Below, in pieces: positions 20,881-30,500 of a stretch of DNA of 54,749 bases (position 1 is the first letter of the stretch; each line of letters begins with the position of its first letter). Made by a program: the position numbers and the translations under genes. This stretch comes from Dehalococcoidia bacterium (lineage in GTDB: Bacteria > Chloroflexota > Dehalococcoidia > Lucifugimonadales > JAGWBF01), in NCBI GenBank assembly GCA_021296025.1, contig JAGWBF010000003.1:1-54749 (forward strand), given 5' to 3'. Under the pieces are notes generated by a model. That model saw only the letters and a program-made list of their open reading frames with translations. It was not told where the DNA came from and searched no databases.

Positions 20881-22182
20881 ATGGCAAATCGCACGGATGC
20901 TGAAAGAGAGCTGCTGGAAAAGGCTGCCCGGTACATGCCCGGGGCTTCCACGGGCAACATGAAGGTCGATCCCGAACACCTCTTCCTGATAAAGGAGGGC
21001 AGGGGGTCGAAGGTCTGGGATGTCAGCGGCAACGAGTATATAGACTACCTGATGGGGTCGGGCCCCATGGTCCTGGGCCATGCTCACCCTTCGGTGGTAG
21101 CGGCCGTCAAAGAAGCTGTGGAGCAGGGGAGCACCTTCTTCGCCACCAACGAGCGGGCGGTCCTTCTGGCCGAGGAGATAGCCAAGGCCGTCCCCAGCGC
21201 GGACAAGGTCCGGTTCACCACCAGCGGCACCGATGCCGACTTCCAGGCCATGCGGATTGCCCGGGCCTTCCGGAAGAGAGATGTGGTGCTCAAGTTCGAG
21301 GGCGGCTACCACGGCACCAGTGACTACGCCGTGATGAACGTCACTCCCAGCGCCTCCTCACTGAAGGAGTTTCCCACTCCAGCCCCCAATACGGCCGGCG
21401 TACCCAAGGCGATTCTGGACACCATGCTGATAGCCCCTTACAACGACATCGAGACCGCCGCGGCCATTATCGAGCAGAACCACGACGACCTGGCCGCCGT
21501 CATTCTCGAGCCTATGCAGCGCGTCATCGCCCCGAAGCCCGGCTTTCTTCAGGGTCTGCGAGATGTGACCTCCCATTTCGAGATACCTCTCATTTTCGAT
21601 GAAGTGGTCACAGGCTTCCGCCTTGCCTACGGCGGCGCCCAGGAGTACTACGGCGTGCAGCCCGATCTGACCACCATGGGCAAGATCGTCGGCGGTGGCT
21701 ACCCCCTGGGAGCTGTTGCCGGACGGGAAGAGCTCATGGCTGTGCTCGACCCGCAGCGGGCCGATTCCGACTCCTTCGTCTCCCAGGTAGGCACCCTCAA
21801 CGCCAACCCCGTGGCCTGCGCCGCAGGCTTGGCCACCCTGAACGAGCTGCGCAAGCCCGGCATATACGACCGACTCCACGCCATCGGCAGACAGATCAGG
21901 GATGCGATTGAGCGCGTGTGCCGGGAGGCTGAAGTGCCGATGCAGCCATCGGGCGAAGACGCCATATTCGGCTTCTACTTCACCGACGAACCCATCGAGA
22001 ACTACCGCTCGACCCTAAAGGCCGATGCGGAGAAGATGGCCCGGTTCAACATCCTGCTCCTGGATAAGGGGGTACTGAAGAACTGGCCCGACAAGTTCTA
22101 CCCTTCCCTTGCCCACTCGTCGGAAGATATAGATACAACGACTCAAGCCTTTGCCAAGGTGATCGACCAGATCAAGGGCTAG
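20881..22182 (+). CDS. Class-III aminotransferase (glutamate-1-semialdehyde aminomutase-like)
   Basis: 433 aa with DYLMGSGPMVLGHAHP, FDEVVTGFRLAYGGAQEYYGV and the PLP-lysine context DLTTMGKIVGGG. Confidence 0.85.
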   Translation: MANRTDAERELLEKAARYMPGASTGNMKVDPEHLFLIKEGRGSKVWDVSGNEYIDYLMGSGPMVLGHAHPSVVAAVKEAVEQGSTFFATNERAVLLAEEIAKAVPSADKVRFTTSGTDADFQAMRIARAFRKRDVVLKFEGGYHGTSDYAVMNVTPSASSLKEFPTPAPNTAGVPKAILDTMLIAPYNDIETAAAIIEQNHDDLAAVILEPMQRVIAPKPGFLQGLRDVTSHFEIPLIFDEVVTGFRLAYGGAQEYYGVQPDLTTMGKIVGGGYPLGAVAGREELMAVLDPQRADSDSFVSQVGTLNANPVACAAGLATLNELRKPGIYDRLHAIGRQIRDAIERVCREAEVPMQPSGEDAIFGFYFTDEPIENYRSTLKADAEKMARFNILLLDKGVLKNWPDKFYPSLAHSSEDIDTTTQAFAKVIDQIKG

Positions 22183-22194
22183 CGCCGGGGGGAC

Positions 22195-23235
22195 ATGAAG
22201 TATCCTTGGGCCAATGTGCTCATCCTCTTTCTGGCAGGCGTGGGGATGGCCACCGGATTCCTGGCCCTAACTTCTGACGGCTCTCTTACAGTTGTATCCC
22301 TGTGGGTCCACCGGATATCGGGCTACGCCTTGATATTCCTGATGGCCTGGAAGCTCCAGAACATCCTTCAGCCCATACTGGACAAGCACCTCTGGAGCTA
22401 CTCACCCCTTCTGCACTTGGCATCCATTGGGCTGCTGCTTCTGCTGTTCTCAGCATTGGCCCTTGGAGCGGTATGGAGCACTGCCGGATATTTCACCTAT
22501 TGGGGAATCAGCGGGGTCAGCTGGCACATATATTTGTCCCTGCTTCTCTTGCCCCTGCTCCTGGTCCACCTCCGGCGCCACCGGCGCCTGCTGCGCCCCC
22601 GCTACTGGGCAGAGCGACGGACCCTCATTCGCACGGCGGGCCTGGCGGTAGCTGGGTTCGTGCTGTGGCGCACCGTGGAGGTTGTGGCCGACGGCCTGGA
22701 CCTTCCAGGCCAAGACCGGAGATTCACGGGATCCTATGAGCGGGGGAGCTTCTCCGGCAACGATTTCCCATCCACCTCATGGCTGAACGACAAGACCCCC
22801 AGGGTTGACTCAAGCCAGTGGCGGCTCCAGGTAAAGGGCAGGGTTGCCCGACCCTTGACCTACTCTTACGATGACCTTTTGGAGATGGACACGCGCTTGG
22901 AGGCGACCCTGGACTGCACCGGCGGGTGGTACTCAACCCAGGAGTGGCAGGGAGCGTCGCTTAGAGACATTCTGGAAGAAGCTGGGCCCACCTCCGATGC
23001 GGCCAGCATTACAGTCCGTTCCCTGACAGGATACTACCGCCGGTTCTCCCTGGGAGAGGCGGCGGACTACCTGCTGGCGGTGCGCGTAGGGGGAGAGGTG
23101 CTGGAGCCCCGGCACGGCTACCCCGCCAGGCTGGTATCGCCGGGCAAGAGGGGGTACGACTGGGTGAAGTGGGTGGACTACATCGAGGTAAACGACACCA
23201 GCAAATGGTGGCAGCCTCCTCTGCCCATAACGTGA
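22195..23235 (+). CDS. Membrane-anchored molybdopterin-dependent oxidoreductase (sulfite-oxidase/YedY-fold domain fused to an N-terminal polytopic His-rich membrane domain)
   Basis: The N-terminal ~165 aa has about 5 predicted TM helices with conserved-looking His residues (VHRISGY, LLHLAS, SWHIY...LVHL). The C-terminal domain carries LEATLDCTGGW, EPRHGYPARLVSPGKRGYDWVKWV (Oxidored_molyb pattern). Confidence 0.7.
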   Translation: MKYPWANVLILFLAGVGMATGFLALTSDGSLTVVSLWVHRISGYALIFLMAWKLQNILQPILDKHLWSYSPLLHLASIGLLLLLFSALALGAVWSTAGYFTYWGISGVSWHIYLSLLLLPLLLVHLRRHRRLLRPRYWAERRTLIRTAGLAVAGFVLWRTVEVVADGLDLPGQDRRFTGSYERGSFSGNDFPSTSWLNDKTPRVDSSQWRLQVKGRVARPLTYSYDDLLEMDTRLEATLDCTGGWYSTQEWQGASLRDILEEAGPTSDAASITVRSLTGYYRRFSLGEAADYLLAVRVGGEVLEPRHGYPARLVSPGKRGYDWVKWVDYIEVNDTSKWWQPPLPIT

Positions 23236-23329
23236 CCAAGGGTCGGCGGAGCCTTACACTATCCGAGACTTGAGATGCCTCCGTGGAACTGTTGACTAAT
23301 TGAGATTGGAAGAACAAAAGGAGAGCAAC

Positions 23330-23701
23330 ATGGAGCTTGGCGCATTTTCCATCAGCCTTGCGGTGGAGGACCTGGAAGCATCCAGGGAATTCTACGAGAA
23401 GTTCGGGTTTGAGGTGGTAGGAGGCGAGGCCTCGGAAAACTGGCAGATACTACGGAACGGCTATTGCACGTTGGGGCTGTTCAAGGGGATGTTCGACAAG
23501 AACATCATCACCTTCAACCCAGGCTGGGACGACAAGGCGCAGCCCGTGGCGGATTTCACCGATGTGCGCGAGCTGCAGCGCCAGCTTAAGTCCAGGGGTG
23601 TAGGTTTCATCAGCGAGGCAGACGAGGGAGGGTCAGGACCTGCCAGCTTCGTCGTCCTCGACCCCGACGGCAACCCCATCCTCGTCGATCAGCATATCTG
23701 A
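23330..23701 (+). CDS. VOC (glyoxalase/bleomycin-resistance/dioxygenase) family protein
   Basis: [25 protein letters not shown] ... [15 protein letters not shown]. An AAAAGGAGAG RBS lies upstream of the ATG at 23330. Confidence 0.75.
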   Translation: MELGAFSISLAVEDLEASREFYEKFGFEVVGGEASENWQILRNGYCTLGLFKGMFDKNIITFNPGWDDKAQPVADFTDVRELQRQLKSRGVGFISEADEGGSGPASFVVLDPDGNPILVDQHI

Positions 23702-23765
23702 TCCCGGCCCCAGCGGGAGCACCGCAGGGTTCCGCCGGGATCTCCACCAATAGAGGCAACAGGGG

Positions 23766-24650
23766 CTAGGCGGGGACCGCCTTTGACACAAGGTCGCCGG
23801 TGGAAATGATGTGCTTCTGCAAACCCAGTTCATCGGGGTCCAAGCCCATGGCCAGCCCCATCAGCTGGGGAAGATGCAGTATGGGCAGGTTGGTCTTCCG
23901 CTGGGATTGGGCCATTGCCTTGGGCTGGTAGCCGTCCAGGTTCAGGTGACACAGGGGACAGGGCGTTACCATCGCATCGGCCCCCATGTCTGCAGCCTCG
24001 GAGGTGTGCTTTCCGACCATGGCCACAGAGTTGGCTTCGTTGATGGTCAGTATGGGAAAGCCGCAGCAACGGCTTTTGCCCGAAAAGTTCACGACCTCTC
24101 CGCCAATGGCCTCGATGAGCTCTTCCAGGGATGTCTCCCTTCCGGGGTAGTCCTTGAATCCAAGGGCGTTGCTGGGGCGTAGTATGTAGCACCCGTAAAA
24201 GGGCGCGACCTTGAGGTGAGTCAGAGGATTCCTGACGTGGGTCTTGAGGGTCTCAACCCCGATGTCCTCTATGATTATCCAGAGAAGGTGCTTCACCACC
24301 GTCGTTCCCTTGTACTCCAGGTACTCCTCGGCCAGTTCGGCGTTGACCCTGGCGAGATACTCGGGGTCGTCGGTGAGTCTCTTGTTGGCTTGGGACATCA
24401 CTCCCTGGCATGTGCTGCAGATGGTCATGATGGGCAGGCCCATCCACTCCGCCATGGCAAAGGTGCGGGCGTTCAGCACATCGCCGAGGAACTGGTTCTT
24501 CTCCTGGAGCACACCGGCCCCCGTGCAGGATGCGCCTACCATCTCTTCCAGCTCGATTCCCAGGCGACGGCAGACCTGCATCGCAGCAGGGTACAGCTCG
24601 GGGCAGCCACCCCGGGATACGCAGCCTGGGAAAAACGCATACTTTGACAT
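23766..24650 (-). CDS. CCG-domain (HdrB-like) subunit of non-classical succinate dehydrogenase/fumarate reductase
   Basis: 294 aa with YAFFPGCVSRG, ASCTGAG and a CCG motif (KSRCCGFP). It lies immediately downstream of sdhA-sdhB. Confidence 0.75.
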   Translation of the reverse strand: MSKYAFFPGCVSRGGCPELYPAAMQVCRRLGIELEEMVGASCTGAGVLQEKNQFLGDVLNARTFAMAEWMGLPIMTICSTCQGVMSQANKRLTDDPEYLARVNAELAEEYLEYKGTTVVKHLLWIIIEDIGVETLKTHVRNPLTHLKVAPFYGCYILRPSNALGFKDYPGRETSLEELIEAIGGEVVNFSGKSRCCGFPILTINEANSVAMVGKHTSEAADMGADAMVTPCPLCHLNLDGYQPKAMAQSQRKTNLPILHLPQLMGLAMGLDPDELGLQKHIISTGDLVSKAVPA

Positions 24651-24689
24651 TTACCTTCTACCTCAAGTAACTCAGGTTTGGGGACAGGT

Positions 24690-25643
24690 CTATTTCTTTG
24701 GTTCCAGCTTTCGGAAAATCCGCCGGACGTTCTCCACGTTGGGCAGCATCTTGTGGAATATGGGGGGCATCTTGCCCCGCACCAGCGCGCGCAGTCCGAC
24801 GGGTGCGAAGCTTTGCATGGCCCGAATGTTGAACATGCCTACCGTCTTCACGGGAAGCTTCAGCTCATCCAGCCGGCCGCTATGGGAAACCAGCTCGACG
24901 AAAGCATCGGTGTGCCGTGCTCCAATCTCCTTATCGAACCCGGCATTCATCGCCAAGTCCCGCATCACCATGATGCGGTCCATGGGGGCCACCCCTTTGG
25001 GGCAGACCTGGACGCACTCCATACAGCGGGTGCAGTCCCAAATGCCCGAGTACTGGCGCAAGCTGTCCAGCCTGGGCTTCTCCTGGGAGTCCCGGGGATC
25101 AGCGACGAAGCGGTAGGCCTTGGCGAGGGCCGCGGGCCCCAGGAAATTGGAGTCCACCTCCAGCACAGTACAGTCGGATACGCAGGCGCCGCACAGGATG
25201 CAGCCCATGACCCCGGCCAGGTGCAGCATATCCTCGTTTGGAGCAAGGTACTCTCCCTCGGGCTCCGGGCCCTCGGGCTGAAGCCACGGATCGACAGCCT
25301 TGACCTTGTCCCAGAAGGGGGTCATGTCCACCACAAGGTCCTTGATCACTTCCATGTTGCCCATGGGTTCTATCGTGACACTCCCACCGTCGGGCGCGAT
25401 CTCGCTCACCCGGGTCTTACAGGCAAGCTGAGCGTGGCCGTTCACCCTCATCGAACATGAGCCGCAGATTGCGCTTCGGCAAGAGCATCTAAGGGACAAG
25501 GTCCCGTCGATGTCTTCCCTGATGTTGATCAGGGTATCCAGCACGGTGGTGTACTCATCCACCTCGACCTTGTACTCCGACCAGTAGGGAATGGGCTCTT
25601 TGGCTTCGGGGTCGTATCGTCGTACCTTTACGGCCAGATCCAT
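24690..25643 (-). CDS. sdhB: Succinate dehydrogenase/fumarate reductase iron-sulfur subunit, with a C-terminal extension
   Basis: 2Fe-2S CSCRSAICGSCSMRVNG; 4Fe-4S CILCGACVSDC; the third cluster motif CTRCMECVQVCP has four Cys. Start set at ATG 25643 (MDLAVKV), which forms an ATGA overlap with the sdhA stop. Confidence 0.85.
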   Translation of the reverse strand: MDLAVKVRRYDPEAKEPIPYWSEYKVEVDEYTTVLDTLINIREDIDGTLSLRCSCRSAICGSCSMRVNGHAQLACKTRVSEIAPDGGSVTIEPMGNMEVIKDLVVDMTPFWDKVKAVDPWLQPEGPEPEGEYLAPNEDMLHLAGVMGCILCGACVSDCTVLEVDSNFLGPAALAKAYRFVADPRDSQEKPRLDSLRQYSGIWDCTRCMECVQVCPKGVAPMDRIMVMRDLAMNAGFDKEIGARHTDAFVELVSHSGRLDELKLPVKTVGMFNIRAMQSFAPVGLRALVRGKMPPIFHKMLPNVENVRRIFRKLEPKK

Positions 25644-27322
25644 CAGTACTTCCTTTCCTCGGGCGTCCACTGGGTGATTACCACCGGACTGTAGGAGATC
25701 TTCGGACCCTCGGGGGTTGATGTCACAAGGATGTGCTTGAGCCAATCGGCGTCATTCCGCTCCGGGAAGTCCGTCCGTGAGTGCGCCCCCCTGCTTTCCT
25801 TGCGTTCCAGGGCGCTGACAGCTATGGCCTCAGCACAGTCCAGCATCAAGCCCAGCTCCAGGTCGAACACCATGTCTGTGTTGAACGTGCGTCCCTTGTC
25901 TTCTACCGGCACCGTTGTGTACCGCTCTTTGAGCTGTTGGATGGTGTCCAGGGCCTCTTTCATGCCGTTCTGATCCCGGTACACACCCAAGTGGGCATTC
26001 ATGGCAGTCCCCATATCCAGGCGGATCCTAGCGACGCGGTCCCCGTTGGCATCCCTGGAGAGTATTTCAGCCAAGCGTTTCTCTTCCTGCCCAACCAGTT
26101 CTTCGACATCCAGGGGTTCCTGCGTCGTTCCCTTGGATACCTCAGCGGCATGGTTACCGGCACGGTGTCCGAAGACGACGGTGTCCAGCAGCGAGTTTGC
26201 TCCCAAGCGGTTGCCCCCGTGAACGCTGACGCAGGCGCACTCGCCTGCTGCATATATACCGGGGACACTTGTGAGACCATCCACGTCGGTCTTTATTCCG
26301 CCCATCTGGTAGTGCATTCCCGGCTGCACAGGGATGGGTTCTTGAGTTATGTCAATGCCCAATAGGTCGAGGCCAATGTCATATATCTGAGAAAGCTTTT
26401 CCTTTATGAGCTGTTCTCCCAAGTGCCGGCAGTCCAGCAGTACGGACCCATTTATGCCGTTGCCTTCGGCTATTTCGATTGTCTCGGAGCGGGACACAAC
26501 ATCCCTGGAAGCCAGCTCCATCATGCTGGGGGCGTATCTCTCCATAAACCGCTCGCCGTCCTTGTTGAGCAGGTAAGCTCCTTCGCCTCGCGCTCCTTCT
26601 GTGATCAGCACTCCGCTGCCTTTCAGCGTGGTCGGGTGGTACTGGACCATCTCCATGTCCATGAGGGGGACCCCAGCCCGGTACGCGAGGGCTATGCCAT
26701 CGCCAGTCACGATCAGTGCATTGGTGCTGGGTTCGAACACGCGTCCCAGCCCTCCTGTACACAGGATTACGGTCTTGGCCTTGATCAGGTACACCCGGCC
26801 CGTGCGGATTTCCATGGCCAGGACGCCGCAGCACTTACCTTCCTGCATAACCAGGGATGTCACGAACCACTCTTCGTAGCTGGTGATTTCCGACTTGAGG
26901 AGCTGCTCGTATAGGACGTGGAGGATCGCCTGCCCGGTGAAGTCGGCCACGAAGAAGGTTCGCGCCCGCCTTTGGCCCCCGAAGGCCCTGGTGCCCAGGC
27001 GTCCCTCATCATCCCTATTGAATATCACGCCCATGTGCTCCAGGGATATGAGTTCCTCCCCCGCCACCTGGCACATAAGCTCGATGGAGTCCTGGTCCCC
27101 CAGGTAATCGCTGCCCTTGACGGTGTCATAGGCGTGCTCTTCCCAAGCATCGCCGCGGTCAACCAGCGCCGCGTTTATTCCACCCTGGGCGGCGTTGGAG
27201 TGGCTGCGCACGGGATACACCTTGCTGATGATCCCCGTATTGGCTCCCATCTCTGTGGCAGCCAGGGCCGCCCTCATTCCTGCCAGGCCGGCGCCCACTA
27301 CCAGCACATCATGCTCAAGCAT
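25643..27322 (-). CDS. sdhA: Succinate dehydrogenase/fumarate reductase flavoprotein subunit
   Basis: 559 aa with [13 protein letters not shown], the covalent-FAD His context [11 protein letters not shown] and the capping-domain motifs. Confidence 0.92.
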   Translation of the reverse strand: MLEHDVLVVGAGLAGMRAALAATEMGANTGIISKVYPVRSHSNAAQGGINAALVDRGDAWEEHAYDTVKGSDYLGDQDSIELMCQVAGEELISLEHMGVIFNRDDEGRLGTRAFGGQRRARTFFVADFTGQAILHVLYEQLLKSEITSYEEWFVTSLVMQEGKCCGVLAMEIRTGRVYLIKAKTVILCTGGLGRVFEPSTNALIVTGDGIALAYRAGVPLMDMEMVQYHPTTLKGSGVLITEGARGEGAYLLNKDGERFMERYAPSMMELASRDVVSRSETIEIAEGNGINGSVLLDCRHLGEQLIKEKLSQIYDIGLDLLGIDITQEPIPVQPGMHYQMGGIKTDVDGLTSVPGIYAAGECACVSVHGGNRLGANSLLDTVVFGHRAGNHAAEVSKGTTQEPLDVEELVGQEEKRLAEILSRDANGDRVARIRLDMGTAMNAHLGVYRDQNGMKEALDTIQQLKERYTTVPVEDKGRTFNTDMVFDLELGLMLDCAEAIAVSALERKESRGAHSRTDFPERNDADWLKHILVTSTPEGPKISYSPVVITQWTPEERKY

Positions 27323-27402
27323 ACGCTATCGGTCCTACCTTACTGCTTTGTTGATAGACCACCCTGGCAGCCCCCACTGTCAACACTCCGTACCGCCGCG
27401 GG

Positions 27403-27951
27403 TCAGCCAGCATCTCGCAGATGCATCGCCATCATCAGTCCGGCGATGCTCTTAGCATCCTTGATGATACCCTTCTTGATCAGTCCTGGCACCTGCGCCA
27501 GCGACACGTGTTCGACCCTGATATCTTCATCCTCATCAGCCGGAAGGGAGCTGGGAAAGAGTCCCCGTGCCTCATAGGCGTGCATGAGTTCGGTGCTAAA
27601 TCCCGGGCTGATCCAGAAGCTGGACAACAGCTCCAGGTGGGTTGCGGAGTACCCCGTCTCCTCCTGGAGCTCCCTCAGGACCGTCTCCTGCGACAGCTCC
27701 CCTTCTTCCACGTTTCCGGCCGGTATCTCCAGCAAGACCTGCTCCACCGCTTTGCGGTACTGGCGCACCATTACTATGTTGCTTTCGTCTTCATAGGGAA
27801 CGATGCATACGCAGGGGCGATGTTCGACGATCTCGCGGATACTCTGACCGCCACGGCCAAGGCTGACATCATCCACTCGTACGTTGAATATCCTTCCTTG
27901 GAAGGCCAAGCGGCTGCTTAAGGTGAGTTCAGGCTGGAGGTCGGACGTCAT
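27403..27951 (-). CDS. NUDIX hydrolase (ADP-ribose pyrophosphatase-like)
   Basis: Nudix box GNVEEGELSQETVLRELQEETGY. Confidence 0.85.
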   Translation of the reverse strand: MTSDLQPELTLSSRLAFQGRIFNVRVDDVSLGRGGQSIREIVEHRPCVCIVPYEDESNIVMVRQYRKAVEQVLLEIPAGNVEEGELSQETVLRELQEETGYSATHLELLSSFWISPGFSTELMHAYEARGLFPSSLPADEDEDIRVEHVSLAQVPGLIKKGIIKDAKSIAGLMMAMHLRDAG

Positions 27952-27956
27952 TGTAC

Positions 27957-28850
27957 CTAGTACTGGATAGCCCTGGTGGTACTTGCACCATCGCCGAAAC
28001 CCAGCCGTTGGGTGAGGGTTTCGAAGAAGTGAACAGGAGGATTGGACCGGAGAAACAGGGCTGAACAGGGGCTTGCTTGTACCTCAACCGCTGCCCCTGC
28101 CGGCAGGTCGGCATCCACATAGCCATCCACGCTCAGGGTGGCGCTGTGGTCGGTTCGGACAACCAAATCGACCGTCGATGTGGCTGGAAGCACCATGGCA
28201 GATGCCATCCCCACGTGGGGCGCTATGGGCTTCAGTATCATCTCATCAGCCAATGGCCACAGGATCGGCCCACCCACCGAAAGGTTGTATCCTGTGCTTC
28301 CCGTTGCTGTGGAAACGATCACTGCATCGGCCCGAAACTCGGTTATGAAAGCGCTGTTTATGTAGGTAGCTATAGAAACCAGTCGGGACACCGCTCCTCG
28401 TCCGACGACCACATCGTTCAAGGCGTTACACTCTTGTTTACCTGCCATGGACAGATAGTTGCTGCCGCCCCTTCCATCGGACATGGTACGAACTTGGAGC
28501 ATGCATCTTTCTTCCACTCGCATGTCCCCTTCCAGGAACAGGGGGACCCTGTCAAAGGCTTCGTGGGCTTCGATCTCGGTCATGAAGCCCAGCCTTCCCA
28601 TGTTTATTCCCAGAATGGGGATGCGGTTCGGAACGGACACCCTGGCGGCGCGAATTATGGTGCCATCTCCGCCAATGGTGATAATCAGGTCTGTTTCTTC
28701 GGCGCCGGGCAAGCTTTCCTCAACCTCGGTTGCAGCACACTGCCAGGACCTGCCGCCAAGATCCAGCCGCTCGACCAGGGCATTTGCCATTTCTTGGGCT
28801 TCGACTATGCGGTCGTTGTAGATGAAACCGATGGTCTGAAGAGACGCCAT
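27957..28850 (-). CDS. nadK: NAD+ kinase
   Basis: 297 aa with IITIGGDGTIIRAAR and the STATGSTGYNLSVGGPI motif. Confidence 0.9.
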   Translation of the reverse strand: MASLQTIGFIYNDRIVEAQEMANALVERLDLGGRSWQCAATEVEESLPGAEETDLIITIGGDGTIIRAARVSVPNRIPILGINMGRLGFMTEIEAHEAFDRVPLFLEGDMRVEERCMLQVRTMSDGRGGSNYLSMAGKQECNALNDVVVGRGAVSRLVSIATYINSAFITEFRADAVIVSTATGSTGYNLSVGGPILWPLADEMILKPIAPHVGMASAMVLPATSTVDLVVRTDHSATLSVDGYVDADLPAGAAVEVQASPCSALFLRSNPPVHFFETLTQRLGFGDGASTTRAIQY

Positions 28851-28976
28851 TTACCGCTTCCGGGGGAACGCCATCCCCAGGGTGGTGCCAGCTATCTGAC
28901 TACGGAAGTCTAGCATCGGCCCTCGTAGCTGTCAACAAAGGTGGACAGGCTGCGGCGCCCTCTCTGGTGGGGCACA

Positions 28977-30500
28977 TCAACCAATGGGGAGAAGCCCCAC
29001 GTACTCCACCACCGTGGCGCCCAAGGTCCCCGCCGACAGCTCCACCAGCCTGAGCAGCGGCCCAGGAAGGAAGCCGAAGACCAGTACTCCCAACGCCGAC
29101 ACCCCCAGGGCCAACTTAAATGACGCAGATGTGGGCACGGCCCCCTCGGATGTAGGCGGTTCCAGGTACATCGTACGCACAACCCTCAGATAGTAGTAAG
29201 CCGACACGACGGTATTGGCGACACCTACAACCACCAGCCAAAGCAGGCCGCTCTCCAGGGCGGAGCCGAAGATATACAGCTTGGCGATGAATATGCCAGT
29301 GGGGGGCACCCCGATCAGGGCAACCAGGGACAACGCCAGAGCAAAGGCAAGCAGAGGCGCCCTGCGGCTGATCCCTGCGAAGTCCGATATCTGGTCGCTC
29401 CCGACCTTGTTGGCGATAGCCATGACCGCGAAGAAGGCAGCCAGGTTGGTGGCAGCATAGGCACCCAGGTAGTACAGGACGCTGCTGGGGCCGGAGGTAT
29501 CGCCATCGGCAGTAGTGGGAGCGATGGCCGCCAAGCCCACCAGCAGGTATCCGGCGTGGGCTATGGTGCTGTAGGCCAGCAGCCTCTTGACGCTGGTCTG
29601 GGCGATAGCCACCAGGTTGCCTATCGTCATCGAGGCGGCCGCCATGACAGCCAGAAGTATCTGCCAGTCAAGCTGGAAGACCTCGAACCCCCCGTACAAC
29701 ACCCTGAGCAGCACCGCAAACCCGGCAGCCTTGCTAGCCACGGACAGATAGGCCGTGACGGGGGTTGGCGCTCCCTCGTACACATCCGGCACCCACATAT
29801 GAAAGGGGGCCGCCGATATCTTGAAGCCGAAGCCCGCGATGATAAGCACCACTCCTAGCAGTAAGGCCGAGCTGCCTCCGAAAATCTCCCCCGCCTCTGT
29901 CAGGAAAGCAGCCTGCCGGGCAATGTCACTCAGGAAAGTGCTCCCGGTGAACCCGTATACGAGGGCAATGCCATACAAGAGCAGGGCAGAACTCACGGCG
30001 CTCAGGACCAGGAACTTCAGGCCCGATTCGCTGGAGCGGGAAGTCTTTAGAAAGGCCGCAAGGGCTATCAATGGCAGTGTGGTCAGCTCCAATGCCACGT
30101 AGATGGCAATAAGCTCTTCGGTGGCCGCCAGAAGCATCATGCCGGTTGCAGAGAACAGCAGCAGGCCGTAGTACTCGCCCCGGTGCTCCCTCACATGCCT
30201 TGCATAGTCGGACGACGCCAAGACCACCAAGGCAGCCACGCCCAGCACGAGGAACTTGAAGAACAGGGCGAACCTGTCCACGACCAGGGTGCCGAATATG
30301 CCAACCAGTCTATGGTCGGGCTGATCGGCAACATCCATCCAAAGCCAGATGCTCAGACCCAGGGGGACTAGAAGTCCAATGGCGGCGAGCAGTCCGAGAA
30401 GGCCCTTCTGCTTCACCACGAGGTCCAGCAAGATAACCAGCAGGGCCAAGCCCACAAGGGCTATCTCCGGGGAGAGAAGGCGGACATCTTCAGGGGTCAT
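28977..30500 (-). CDS. nuoN: NADH-quinone oxidoreductase subunit N
   Basis: 507-aa polytopic antiporter-like protein (FHMWVPDVYEGAPTPVTAY). It is the last gene of the nuo cluster and overlaps the nuoM stop. Confidence 0.9.
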   Translation of the reverse strand: MTPEDVRLLSPEIALVGLALLVILLDLVVKQKGLLGLLAAIGLLVPLGLSIWLWMDVADQPDHRLVGIFGTLVVDRFALFFKFLVLGVAALVVLASSDYARHVREHRGEYYGLLLFSATGMMLLAATEELIAIYVALELTTLPLIALAAFLKTSRSSESGLKFLVLSAVSSALLLYGIALVYGFTGSTFLSDIARQAAFLTEAGEIFGGSSALLLGVVLIIAGFGFKISAAPFHMWVPDVYEGAPTPVTAYLSVASKAAGFAVLLRVLYGGFEVFQLDWQILLAVMAAASMTIGNLVAIAQTSVKRLLAYSTIAHAGYLLVGLAAIAPTTADGDTSGPSSVLYYLGAYAATNLAAFFAVMAIANKVGSDQISDFAGISRRAPLLAFALALSLVALIGVPPTGIFIAKLYIFGSALESGLLWLVVVGVANTVVSAYYYLRVVRTMYLEPPTSEGAVPTSASFKLALGVSALGVLVFGFLPGPLLRLVELSAGTLGATVVEYVGLLPIG

